A stretch of DNA of 59,096 nt, from the IMG/VR virus record IMGVR_UViG_3300032024_000077, positions 1 to 59,096 of that record; one strand, written 5' to 3'. The translations under genes and the position numbers were made by a program. This DNA is from a virus. Its lineage: Duplodnaviria; Caudoviricetes. Each line of letters starts with the position of its first letter. The stretch's first letter is position 1. The notes under the pieces are model-generated. The model was given only the letters and a program-made list of their open reading frames with translations. It searched no databases and was not told the origin of the DNA. Below, in pieces: positions 46,896-55,611 of the stretch.

Positions 46896-47564
46896 CTACC
46901 GCCGCTCAGGCGACTCGTTCAAGTCGAAGTCAAGCTCAGCTAGGTACCGCTCTTGAGCCAGCGTCTCGATCGCCTTGTCGCAGTGATTCTTCCGTACGAA
47001 CGCGACCGCGTCGTCGGCCGGGATAGCGTAGGCGATCAGGATCGCCGCAAGCGCGGTTCCCGTCCGGCCATGGCCTCCGATGCAATGGATCACGAGGGGG
47101 ACCTTCCGCGCGGCACACAGCTCGATCAGCGCCCGCCAGAAAGTCGCCTTGACGGGAGGCGTGCCGCCATCGTCCCATGGGAGCGTGATCTCTTCCACTG
47201 GCACCGATTCGAGGTGAGCTCGCAGCACATCCCAGCGCTCCGGCATGTGGGCGTTGTCGTGCCGCGGTGTTCCGGTGCAGTTCAGTACGACGCTACCGGC
47301 CGGCGCCTTGCGACTGCCCCAACCGTCCGCGCAGTAGATCGGCACCTCATCGATCACGATCACTTCGGCCGCGTCGTGCATACACTTTGGGAGGAACGGG
47401 GCTCGATCGTTACCACCAACCGGGCTGGTTCCCAGTCCGGGAATCGCTGAACTTTCGGACCATTCTGCCCAGCGCTTCGTGGCTTCGGCAATGTCGGTCG
47501 TGGGCGCGGGGGCCGTGCGCGGTTGCATGCGGCGCTTCTGGCGCGTTCGCTTCGTGGCGCTCAT
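46896..47564 (-). CDS. Dual-specificity/tyrosine phosphatase (CX5R)
   Basis: LPWDDG, IHCIGGHGRTGT, IETLAQ. Confidence 0.9.
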   Translation of the reverse strand: MSATKRTRQKRRMQPRTAPAPTTDIAEATKRWAEWSESSAIPGLGTSPVGGNDRAPFLPKCMHDAAEVIVIDEVPIYCADGWGSRKAPAGSVVLNCTGTPRHDNAHMPERWDVLRAHLESVPVEEITLPWDDGGTPPVKATFWRALIELCAARKVPLVIHCIGGHGRTGTALAAILIAYAIPADDAVAFVRKNHCDKAIETLAQERYLAELDFDLNESPERR

Positions 47565-49252
47565 GACGCGCCCCCCATCGCCGCAGTGACTGCCGCCAGG
47601 ACCGAGGCACTGTCAGCTTTGATCGGCGCTGCCAGCGTGATCGGCACGTAGCCGCGATTACTATCGGCGTGCCGCGACTTGGACGTGTGCGCGCGCATCT
47701 TGATCCACGCAACCAAGTGTGCCGCCGCCGCCACGTGGTGCGACGCGTACGGGCAAGCACTGTCAGCGATCCACAGATGCGCTTTGATGCCACCATCTTC
47801 CTCGACTACATGCATGCGATCGTACAGTGGCGTGACGGGGCGCTTGATCTTGCCCCCAGCTGGGAGCGGCTTTGCGGCGGCGGCCGGTGCGTCAGTCAGT
47901 ACCGCGTACAGGGTCGCCATGATGTGGATCAGCTGGCGCGTCGGCTCGCTTGCGGCCGCTCCGAAGAAGCTCGTATCGACAAGCTTGTTTAGCAAGGTGC
48001 CGTTATTGTGCGCCACGTTGACGACGCGGTTGAGCGCTTCTACCAAATCAGCTTCGACAAGTACGCCAGACTGCGCACGCCACAAGCGGTCGACACTTGA
48101 CGCGCAGTCGAGCCACTTTTCGCCACCGTAGCCACCGCTCCAACCGGAACACTCGAAGGCCTTTCCGGCCACCGTCAACGCGCGTCGTTGGGCTGACAGT
48201 GAGACGCACAGTGCCTTGTCGATCCGGCCCGCGCGGGAGATCTTCGTTGGCCGTTGACGCCGCAGTTTCAAGCTGTAGTGGCGTGCCTCGCCAGCGCAGA
48301 TCGCCGCGCCAGCCCTTGCTAGCGTGCGGCATGCGAAACCGAGTAGCTGACTAGCAATAGCGGCGTCGGAGTCTCGTAGCGCCGGCCATTGATGCAGCGT
48401 CACGATCGCCAGCTGGCACGCCATCCTGCGTTCGCTACTCGCCAGCTGCACGTCAGCCGTGGCGGAACCGCGCATGAATGCGGCAACATCCAACATAAAT
48501 TGCGGCACGTCACTGGCAGGGCGGATCGTATCCCCTACGGCTGGCGAGAAGCTAGTCACGTAGGAAATCCCGTTGATCACACAGTGGATCGCTGCGTGGG
48601 ACGCCAGCGATCCGCCGGGCGCGACCACGACGGTACCAGGTGGGAACGCCGCCACCTCGGTCTCCCAGCGTAAAAGATCGTCGTGCGGCGTCACCACGGA
48701 TGTCACCACAGTTTCGCACGGGATGTAATCGACGCTCGCGGGGAGCGACGGTCCAGCGCGCAGCTGTACTGCGTACGTCCTGACCGGTGACGCGAACCCC
48801 TCATCGGTGCCTGTTACCAGCTCTAGGTACGCCGTTTCATCGTCTTGGATGCCGGCAGCGATCAAGATGCCGGGACCCCAAGACAACGGAATCACCCGAA
48901 GCTCCTGAACGCCATGACCAGCCGTTGCACCGGCATGCCCCGGCCCGATGGCGAGGCGGCCATCTGCCAGTACCGCGGAGCAAGTAGCGGTGATCGGACT
49001 CATGATCACGATCTCCGCCTCGGGGTCGGCCGCGCGGGCTTCATCCCACACGGCTGCTACTTCGCCCGCCGTGTGGCAGATGCGACTGTCGACGAACCCG
49101 TGCCGTGGCCTCATGGGGCAGGGGCGCACGAAGACGGGCGCATCCACGAGCGCGGGAAGCTGCTCAGCGCATTCAACCGTGCGTGTCGGTGGAATCCGCC
49201 AGTTTGAGTAATCCTTCAGTGCCGCGATACCGCGGGCTTTTTGTGTTCTCAT
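47561..49252 (-). CDS. PEP-utiliser/dikinase-like protein (ATP-grasp-like, phospho-His swivel, unknown C-terminal domain)
   Basis: FVRPCP..PRHGFVDSR, YLE...AVQLR, GGSLASHAAIHC..NGI. Confidence 0.7.
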   Translation of the reverse strand: MRTQKARGIAALKDYSNWRIPPTRTVECAEQLPALVDAPVFVRPCPMRPRHGFVDSRICHTAGEVAAVWDEARAADPEAEIVIMSPITATCSAVLADGRLAIGPGHAGATAGHGVQELRVIPLSWGPGILIAAGIQDDETAYLELVTGTDEGFASPVRTYAVQLRAGPSLPASVDYIPCETVVTSVVTPHDDLLRWETEVAAFPPGTVVVAPGGSLASHAAIHCVINGISYVTSFSPAVGDTIRPASDVPQFMLDVAAFMRGSATADVQLASSERRMACQLAIVTLHQWPALRDSDAAIASQLLGFACRTLARAGAAICAGEARHYSLKLRRQRPTKISRAGRIDKALCVSLSAQRRALTVAGKAFECSGWSGGYGGEKWLDCASSVDRLWRAQSGVLVEADLVEALNRVVNVAHNNGTLLNKLVDTSFFGAAASEPTRQLIHIMATLYAVLTDAPAAAAKPLPAGGKIKRPVTPLYDRMHVVEEDGGIKAHLWIADSACPYASHHVAAAAHLVAWIKMRAHTSKSRHADSNRGYVPITLAAPIKADSASVLAAVTAAMGGAS

Positions 49253-49258
49253 GGTTGA

Positions 49259-49287
49259 TGAGTCACCACCTGCGCCGCGGAAGTTCC
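49259..49287 (-). promoter_or_regulatory. ECF-type promoter P7 (leaderless)
   Basis: GGAACTT-N16-GACTCA-N6-ATG(49252). Confidence 0.65.
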
Positions 49288-49441
49288 CGGCGTCGCGAAC
49301 TTTTCTTTAAAGCCCGAAAAGTCTAACGAAGTCGCGGACTTGCTGGCGTGGCTTGAGACTTGCTACGCGCGCGCGCCCGATCCACAAGTAGCGAGCGCTG
49401 CGCACGTGTAGGTGCAGCTCTCACCTATTCGGCGGGGTTGC

Positions 49442-49469
49442 GGAACTTCCGTCGCCGGCTGGTGACTCA
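49442..49469 (+). promoter_or_regulatory. ECF-type promoter P8
   Basis: GGAACTT-N15-GACTCA. Confidence 0.65.
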
Positions 49470-49489
49470 CATAGCGAACGGAGCGCATC

Positions 49490-49573
49490 ATGAAAGCCTT
49501 TACCATCGCATTCGGGACCTACGCCGCAATCTTCGCTGTCTTCGCAGTCTACTGCGTCGACCTGTACCGCTGA
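49490..49573 (+). CDS. 27-aa single-TM microprotein
   Basis: MKAFTIAFGTYAAIFAVFAVYCVDLYR with GGAG RBS after P8. Confidence 0.55.
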   Translation: MKAFTIAFGTYAAIFAVFAVYCVDLYR

Positions 49574-49633
49574 GAAGCGGGCCACGTGCCGCCCCGTAGT
49601 GGCTCCCAAGAGATGCGCGTCAGCGCGGAACCC

Positions 49634-49900
49634 TTACCGGCCCGCTGACGCGCCCTTGGCTTTTCTGGCGCCTGGCGCGGCGCTTGCAAGGCCCGGCAGC
49701 CCGGGGGCCCGCGCCCCCGTTTCGGAGCGCAGCTCGGCGCGTAGGCCCAAACGGGTTATATAGCGAGACATGGATCTAAAGGAAATTCCAAGTGATTTGG
49801 CCGCCTGTAGTATAGATCCATTCGAGTTACGAACTGCCTGCCTGATGGCTGCGGCCGCTTCCTGGTCACTCTTGAACGCTCTCTCTTGATACCCGCCCAT
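49634..49900 (-). CDS. Fis-type HTH DNA-binding protein
   Basis: NGSILQAAKSLGISFRSMSRYITRLGL. Confidence 0.8.
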   Translation of the reverse strand: MGGYQERAFKSDQEAAAAIRQAVRNSNGSILQAAKSLGISFRSMSRYITRLGLRAELRSETGARAPGLPGLASAAPGARKAKGASAGR

Positions 49901-49907
49901 GTGGGGC

Positions 49908-49987
49908 AGTATAGGACAGCCTGTCCTACTCGCCCACAGATCAGACAGCCTGTCGTTGTGTGGGCGTGGCGATGGGATCAGACAGCC
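49908..49987 (-). promoter_or_regulatory. TATACT -10 element and GACAGCCTGTC operator-like repeats upstream of the HTH gene
   Basis: TAGGACAG-C-CTGTCCTA at 49912-49928, GACAGCCTGTC at 49944-49954, GATCAGACAGCC at 49976-49987. Confidence 0.6.
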
Positions 49988-49993
49988 AGTCCT

Positions 49994-51961
49994 TCACGGC
50001 TTCCTCCGCAGCTCGTCGGCGAGCGCTTCCAGAGCCGGGAACGCCTTCAGGTCTTTTCCGATGGCGGACCAGCAAGCGTGCTCCACCCGCTCCACAATCC
50101 GCTCCTCCAGCGCGGCGAGGTCGGCGCGGGTGAGGGGCGGGCCAGGCTTGATCTGCTCGCCCATGCGCACGTTGTCGCAGCACTGCCCGGGCTTTTGCCG
50201 GCCGTCCCACAGTGACCACGAGCCGTCGGGCTGTGCGTCTGTCGGGTCGTTCAGTCGCCAGTAGCAGCCGCAGACTGAGCAGCGATGCTTGGAGCCGCCC
50301 GACCCTTGCCACTCTCCGGCAGACTCCGCCGTGGCTGCGACGCCCACGGGCGAATCGGAGTCTAGCTGGCGCTCGTCGGCCTTGCTGATGTGGCCGTACG
50401 GTTCGCCTCTCACGTACACGTACCCGAACCCGTCTGCATCCACGTGCATCCGGTCGGACGCCCGCGCGATGGCGATGGCCACCTCGGAGCAAGCCGCGCT
50501 GCCAACGATTGACCCGCCGTCGCGGAGCTTGACCAGGAAAGAATCGGCGGGCTCGGGCACCGGCTTTGGCTCTCGCCCGTTCGGATCCTTACCCGCCGAA
50601 GTCTTGTGGGGCTCAGCGTGGCCCCAATCCAGGATGCCCGTCACCGCGCGGTTGACTGCGCCGCACGCGACGCAAACGTCCAGATCGTTCTCACATCGGG
50701 TCTTACGGTGCTGGCATGGCGCGGCACCCGAGCCGCCGGAGTCTTTCGCCTGAGCGGCGGCGTAGGCGCGGAGGGCGTCGGCTAGCCAAGTCCGCGCAGC
50801 GTCTAGCGCGTCGACGTATGCGCGGTCATACGGGTCTTTGGCGGCGCGGGGCTCGCGGTTGTGTGCGTCTATCCACGCCTGCTGGTTCCGCGCCGCCTCC
50901 ACGACCGCCTCCGCCTTCTCGCGGGCGGCGCGCTCGGTGGCTACCTCAGTCGTGCGGGATACGGCTGCGCTCGCAATTCTGCGCACCATGTCAAACAGAG
51001 ACTCGTCGCCTTCGATTTCATAGGCGCGCATGGCCCCGGAAATCTCCGCCATCGCCTCGTCCCTCTCCCGCTCCGCAGCCTCGGCTCTGGCGCGGAGGTC
51101 TCGGATGCCACCCGCCACAGTGACGTGGTTGTCGTCCGGGCCGAGTTCGAGCCACGCAAGCTCCAGCATCTTCTCGGCGTGGTCAGCGATACCGGACCAC
51201 CGCAGCTTTTCCCGCTCCGCCCCCGCGAGCTTGGCCTTCAGGGCGTCGCGCTCGGTCAGCGCGTCGAGCAGTTCCCCCATCGTCTCGATAGCCGACATCG
51301 GCACGCCGTTGCTCTCGCTATACCGCCACTCCAGCGCGGCCTTCGCAAGCGCTTCCCCGCGGTCCGAGAACGCTTGCAGCGTCTTGCGAAACTCGCACGC
51401 GATGGCGCCGTATGCACGAGCCTTGACGCAGTACTTGCCGCCGCGCTCGGCTTCTTCGAGCGAGTATTCCAGCGACTTGCAGCGTTCCACCGCCTCGTCC
51501 CGCTCGCGTTCGGCTTGTTCTCGCCCCGCGCTCTCGTGCTCCCAGCCAGACGCCATCTCCGTGACCATCTGCTCCGCAGTGTAGCGGTGGTCGTCGAGGC
51601 CCGACTCGGTGTGGATGAGCGCGGCGAGGTCTGCGAGAGCGCGTTCGGCTTGCTCGGCGCGCCGCTGAAACTGGTCGCGGTCCTCGCGCATCGCATCCCA
51701 TTCCCGTAGCGAATACGCGGAGTCGAGGCCCTGTAGCACCTCCTCGCACGCTTCGGGGTTCTGATGCCGGCACCGCGGGCACGTATCGCGTCGCCGGTCG
51801 TCGATGATGACGGTGCGCCAGCCCTTGGGCGCCTTGCGGTCGCGGAGCCACGCCGGCATCCCATAGCGCGTCGGCTTCACGGTCATCACGGTCCCGCATC
51901 CTGCGGTGTCGCAGTGGAGCGCGGGCTCGCGCTCGTTGCCAATGCCGGCGATGTACATCAC
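49994..51961 (-). CDS. Mosaic coiled-coil protein with Zn-finger modules
   Basis: Repeated AERERDEA segments and CxxC pairs. Confidence 0.65.
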   Translation of the reverse strand: MMYIAGIGNEREPALHCDTAGCGTVMTVKPTRYGMPAWLRDRKAPKGWRTVIIDDRRRDTCPRCRHQNPEACEEVLQGLDSAYSLREWDAMREDRDQFQRRAEQAERALADLAALIHTESGLDDHRYTAEQMVTEMASGWEHESAGREQAERERDEAVERCKSLEYSLEEAERGGKYCVKARAYGAIACEFRKTLQAFSDRGEALAKAALEWRYSESNGVPMSAIETMGELLDALTERDALKAKLAGAEREKLRWSGIADHAEKMLELAWLELGPDDNHVTVAGGIRDLRARAEAAERERDEAMAEISGAMRAYEIEGDESLFDMVRRIASAAVSRTTEVATERAAREKAEAVVEAARNQQAWIDAHNREPRAAKDPYDRAYVDALDAARTWLADALRAYAAAQAKDSGGSGAAPCQHRKTRCENDLDVCVACGAVNRAVTGILDWGHAEPHKTSAGKDPNGREPKPVPEPADSFLVKLRDGGSIVGSAACSEVAIAIARASDRMHVDADGFGYVYVRGEPYGHISKADERQLDSDSPVGVAATAESAGEWQGSGGSKHRCSVCGCYWRLNDPTDAQPDGSWSLWDGRQKPGQCCDNVRMGEQIKPGPPLTRADLAALEERIVERVEHACWSAIGKDLKAFPALEALADELRRKP

Positions 51962-52548
51962 TCCACCTCAATCCCTTCCAGCGCCGCGCGGGCGGTCCAG
52001 CAATGGTCGCTGCACGCCGTGGCCGGCTCGTTGCCGTTGTCCCAGTTGTGATCGTGATGCGCCACGCCGCCGAATCCTGCGCGGCGACACCAAGCGAAGT
52101 GCCCGTCAGCGGTTTGGAACGGCCGCAACGCCGCCTCCAAAACCCGCACCCGCTCTTGCAGCCGCTCCTCCTCCAGCCGATGCGCGCACGGCATGTCGCG
52201 CTCTGCTCGTAGCTGCGTCACCTCGGCTTGCAGCCGCGAGCACTCGTCGGCGAGCAGGGGAGCGGCGGTGCGATATTCGGCGATGAGGGCGGCGTCGCGT
52301 GCGCCTTGCGCAGTGGCCGTGTCCCCGCCGACTACCGGCACGTGCGCGCAACAGGGCTCGACAAGCCCGTCAAAAGCCTCGGCAGGCGCATCGTCTGGCA
52401 ACGCCTCCACGGCGGCATCGTACTCGCGCGACACTGGCTCACTGAACACGCCCGAATAGCTGTTGTAGAACCACGGCCCCTTCGTCGCCTCCGCATCCAG
52501 CCGGCGAACCTCGGCGATGAGCGCGGGGAGGTCGGTCTTCTCAGTCAT
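51958..52548 (-). CDS. Ead/Ea22-like protein
   Basis: ATKGPW...DAALIA..RTAAPLL. Confidence 0.6.
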   Translation of the reverse strand: MTEKTDLPALIAEVRRLDAEATKGPWFYNSYSGVFSEPVSREYDAAVEALPDDAPAEAFDGLVEPCCAHVPVVGGDTATAQGARDAALIAEYRTAAPLLADECSRLQAEVTQLRAERDMPCAHRLEEERLQERVRVLEAALRPFQTADGHFAWCRRAGFGGVAHHDHNWDNGNEPATACSDHCWTARAALEGIEVE

Positions 52549-52843
52549 CGTCGGGCTCCTTGGTGGCGTCATCCCACCCGACGCTTGGGTCGGGGTCGCC
52601 GATCACAGGACGACCGAAGCTCCGCTCGGCGCAGTAGCCCGGCGCTACTACCAACTCGCCGCCGATTTCGTAGACGACGTCTGGGTAGCAGTTTGGTCGA
52701 TCACCTGCCTCGATCGGGACTGTCGGCGCTGGCTCCTCAGCAGGCTCGCCGAACGGTCGATCGGGCTCTACTGTCCCGTACGGGTCCAGCGCGCAACCGC
52801 CCACGGTCATCGCAAGCATGAGAAATCTGATGTAGTTGTTCAT
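52541..52843 (-). CDS. Putative lipoprotein
   Basis: Lipobox VGGC, GGAGGAG RBS. Confidence 0.6.
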   Translation of the reverse strand: MNNYIRFLMLAMTVGGCALDPYGTVEPDRPFGEPAEEPAPTVPIEAGDRPNCYPDVVYEIGGELVVAPGYCAERSFGRPVIGDPDPSVGWDDATKEPDDD

Positions 52844-52846
52844 GGC

Positions 52847-53065
52847 TTACTCTCCTCCAACGTGCGGACCGCGACGCTGACTACTGACGCGCTTTTCCAA
52901 GGATTCCAGGGCTTCGTACAGATTGTCGCCCACGCCGACCGCGAGCAGACGGTTTGGTGCGTTCTCGTGCGCCATCGTCGCTGCGACACAGCCAGTCGAG
53001 AGACGGCTCAGTGTGATGTGCACCTTGGGAGTCAACAACCGGCTTAGGATTTCGTTGTTCGTCAT
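52847..53065 (-). CDS. Hypothetical protein (leaderless)
   Basis: ATG 6 nt after the P9 -10 element. Confidence 0.6.
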   Translation of the reverse strand: MTNNEILSRLLTPKVHITLSRLSTGCVAATMAHENAPNRLLAVGVGDNLYEALESLEKRVSSQRRGPHVGGE

Positions 53066-53418
53066 GACTGTACTGACAACGCCGGGCCGGCGGAAGTTCC
53101 CATCGAGCCACCGAATCCTTCGGCCGTCAGTATCGCCAGCCGTTCGCGCTCCGCCACTTCCGGCGAGCCGGCTAGCAGTCGCAGCGCGCGTGTCATCACT
53201 CCGGTGACTTCGAGGGCGTACTCCATCCAGGCGTACGCGGGCATCTCGGGCGGCTTCCAGCCCTGCGGTGGCGCCCCTAGGCCTTCAGCCACCATGGCGA
53301 CGGCGAGCGCCTGCTGCTCACTCCGCACGTCATTCATGACTTGCGCCGTAAAGCGGATCGGAGCCCGGCTGCCGTCTGCCCGGGTGCGTCGGCGAAACAG
53401 TTCAGAACGATTTGTCAT
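53062..53418 (-). CDS. Hypothetical protein
   Basis: Coupled ORF. Confidence 0.5.
   Translation of the reverse strand: MTNRSELFRRRTRADGSRAPIRFTAQVMNDVRSEQQALAVAMVAEGLGAPPQGWKPPEMPAYAWMEYALEVTGVMTRALRLLAGSPEVAERERLAILTAEGFGGSMGTSAGPALSVQS
53072..53100 (-). promoter_or_regulatory. ECF-type promoter P9 (leaderless)
   Basis: GGAACTT-N16-GTCAGT-N6-ATG. Confidence 0.65.
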
Positions 53419-53614
53419 GGTGGGCGGGCTCGTTGGCGGGGCGCGGCTTCACGCCCAGGAACAGCAACAGCAGGATGAGCGAGAAGACGGCGAACAGCGC
53501 GGCTGAGCGGTAGAACTCCGCGGCGAACATCCACGCCGCCTCGCCGGCCATCATCCCCGAAACCCACAGCCACAGGTAGCGACTGACGACGTCGTAGCGG
53601 CTGACCGCTTTCAT
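53402..53614 (-). CDS. Small two-TM membrane protein
   Basis: Two hydrophobic segments. Confidence 0.55.
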   Translation of the reverse strand: MKAVSRYDVVSRYLWLWVSGMMAGEAAWMFAAEFYRSAALFAVFSLILLLLFLGVKPRPANEPAHHDKSF

Positions 53615-53910
53615 GCGTCACCGCCCGCTGAGTTCGTGGCCTTGCCGACATACTTCGTGGCGTCCCACATGCGCGTGAACGTCTTGGCGAGATCTGCGGG
53701 TCCGCCGGTGTAGCCCCCGCATATGGCCAACTTCACGGTCGCGCCAATGAGCATGAGCGTGGCGTAAGCCACCTGCTTCGTGCCAGCCGGGTGGATGTCG
53801 GATGACGCCATTGCGATGCGCACGAGCGTGTTCACCTGCTCGTCAAAGACGGCCCTCTCCGAGTCCGTGAACTTGATGTCAGCCATTGAGGAACGCTCCA
53901 GTCTGTTCAA
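53611..53910 (-). CDS. Hypothetical protein (start possibly ~53886)
   Basis: Coupled ORF. Confidence 0.5.
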   Translation of the reverse strand: MNRLERSSMADIKFTDSERAVFDEQVNTLVRIAMASSDIHPAGTKQVAYATLMLIGATVKLAICGGYTGGPADLAKTFTRMWDATKYVGKATNSAGGDA

Positions 53911-54181
53911 GCTGTCGGTAGAGAGCGCCGAGCGCGGCGTTCTTTTCCTCCAGCATTTCTTCGAGCTTTTTGACGCGGTTCGCCATCTTGTTGTAGTCGC
54001 CGATGGCGTGCTTCAGTTCGTGGATCTGTCGAAGCAGTTCGCGCGTTGCGGTCGCATGCGCTGCGGTCTGCTCCACGACGGCTTGCTCAGAGCGTTGCGC
54101 CCGCGTCAGTAGCGCTACGTAGGCGGTTTCGTAGCGAACCCTGGCGATGTCCGCCTCGCCGAACTCTTCAAACTGCGCCAT
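53879..54181 (-). CDS. Coiled-coil hypothetical protein
   Basis: Heptad pattern. Confidence 0.55.
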   Translation of the reverse strand: MAQFEEFGEADIARVRYETAYVALLTRAQRSEQAVVEQTAAHATATRELLRQIHELKHAIGDYNKMANRVKKLEEMLEEKNAALGALYRQLEQTGAFLNG

Positions 54182-54577
54182 TTACGCCGCGCCTTGTGGA
54201 TAGTCGCCGTTCGTCACTGCCCAGACGGCTTCGAGGATCGCCTCTTTCTCCTCCGGGCTGCCCAAGTAGTCGAATGATCGCATCTGGAGCGCGGCGAAGT
54301 TCGTCGTCTCCAGGCTCCAGTGCCCTTCGAGGTCGTCGCAGGAACAGTGCTCGTCGTTGACCTTGAACAGCTCGCCGGTGTCGGGCTTGTAGATCAGAGC
54401 GAAGGCGCTTCCGTCGTAGTCTGCGTAGTTGTAGAGCGCCGCCAACAAGATGCCGTCACCGAGGTCATCGGTGTCGTAGTCCTTCATCATGTCCTTCAAC
54501 ACGACGTCGCCGCTAGTTTCGCCCCGCCAGTTCAGTACCGCGTCTGGATGGATAGTCAGTCCCATGATCGCCTCCAC
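54182..54577 (-). CDS. Hypothetical acidic protein (HCSC motif)
   Basis: DYDGSAFAL...HCSC; AAGGA RBS after P10. Confidence 0.65.
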   Translation of the reverse strand: MEAIMGLTIHPDAVLNWRGETSGDVVLKDMMKDYDTDDLGDGILLAALYNYADYDGSAFALIYKPDTGELFKVNDEHCSCDDLEGHWSLETTNFAALQMRSFDYLGSPEEKEAILEAVWAVTNGDYPQGAA

Positions 54578-54601
54578 AATTCCTTTAGTTCGTACTTGAT
54601 G

Positions 54602-54629
54602 ACTGACAGCGTCACTCGCAGGAAGTTCC
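54602..54629 (-). promoter_or_regulatory. ECF-type promoter P10
   Basis: GGAACTT-N15-GTCAGT. Confidence 0.65.
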
Positions 54630-54638
54630 TAAGCTTCG

Positions 54639-54827
54639 TCACGAGTCACCGAAGTAGCTTTCCCAGTCGCACTGGCTACAGTAGTCGTAGTTCGCCCCGC
54701 AGCACTCACTGTCGCCGCAGGCGTTGTTGTTCCATGTGCAGGCTTTACAGCGCGGGCACGGACCTTCGCAGCCCTCGTCATCACAAGCGCCCTCACCGGG
54801 GCACTGCGGCGTTGGGTCAGTGGTCAT
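54639..54827 (-). CDS. Small Cys-rich protein
   Basis: About 11 Cys in 62 aa, AGGA RBS. Confidence 0.5.
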   Translation of the reverse strand: MTTDPTPQCPGEGACDDEGCEGPCPRCKACTWNNNACGDSECCGANYDYCSQCDWESYFGDS

Positions 54828-54966
54828 TGGTTTTTCCTGGGCTTCGGTGGTGGGATTTCGCACGAACCGTTGTCGTCACCGCCGCAGCTTCGTGCTTGCG
54901 GCGCCATTGCCGGCTTCGGGGCGCACGCACTCGCAAGCGACAGCAGCACGATGGCGAGTAGCGCTT

Positions 54967-55611
54967 TCATGATTCCCGCCTCCAGTCACGCCCAATGTCG
55001 ATGTCAGTAGCGCGGTTTCGGCTGCGCCGCGTGGTGGCTCGGAGCCCTTCGCACACGTCTCCGCACACAGCAGCAAGCCACCGCGTAGCCTGCGCCCGCG
55101 TGCCTTCGGTGTCGACGCCGCCGGCCTTGAGCTGCTCGGCGATAACGGCGTTGACCATACCGGGGCGGTAGTCCTCGTACTTCCGCACCGCGCTCTCGCG
55201 CATGCCGCACTCGATTCGGCACATATCGGCGTGACGAATGTGGGTGCGATCGCGACGGTCGCCAGCTTCCGTCCCGAACTCGCACACGCGCTCGTCGCGA
55301 TCCAGGAACGTCACGAAGCGCTCCGGCGGCGTCGCCTTCAACCGGTCCGGCAAGCGGTACTCGACTATGCGCCCGAGATGCGGCAGTAGGTGCCACTGCG
55401 CGGCTACCTTAACTGCGTATGCGGTTGGGTCCGTGTCCCACGATGCGGCGGCCATACCGCGGCCAGCGTGCCGAGCCGACAGCTCGGTATTGAGCTTCGC
55501 GTAATCCGCTGGATCGAGGACGTGAGCGTCATCGGCTCGGAAGTGCAATGCGCCACGCGGAACCAACGGGTCCGAAACCACCTTGAGATCACCAAGCTTC
55601 AGAACGGTCAT
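54967..55611 (-). CDS. Hypothetical protein
   Basis: GGAGG RBS, coupled. Confidence 0.55.
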   Translation of the reverse strand: MTVLKLGDLKVVSDPLVPRGALHFRADDAHVLDPADYAKLNTELSARHAGRGMAAASWDTDPTAYAVKVAAQWHLLPHLGRIVEYRLPDRLKATPPERFVTFLDRDERVCEFGTEAGDRRDRTHIRHADMCRIECGMRESAVRKYEDYRPGMVNAVIAEQLKAGGVDTEGTRAQATRWLAAVCGDVCEGLRATTRRSRNRATDIDIGRDWRRES

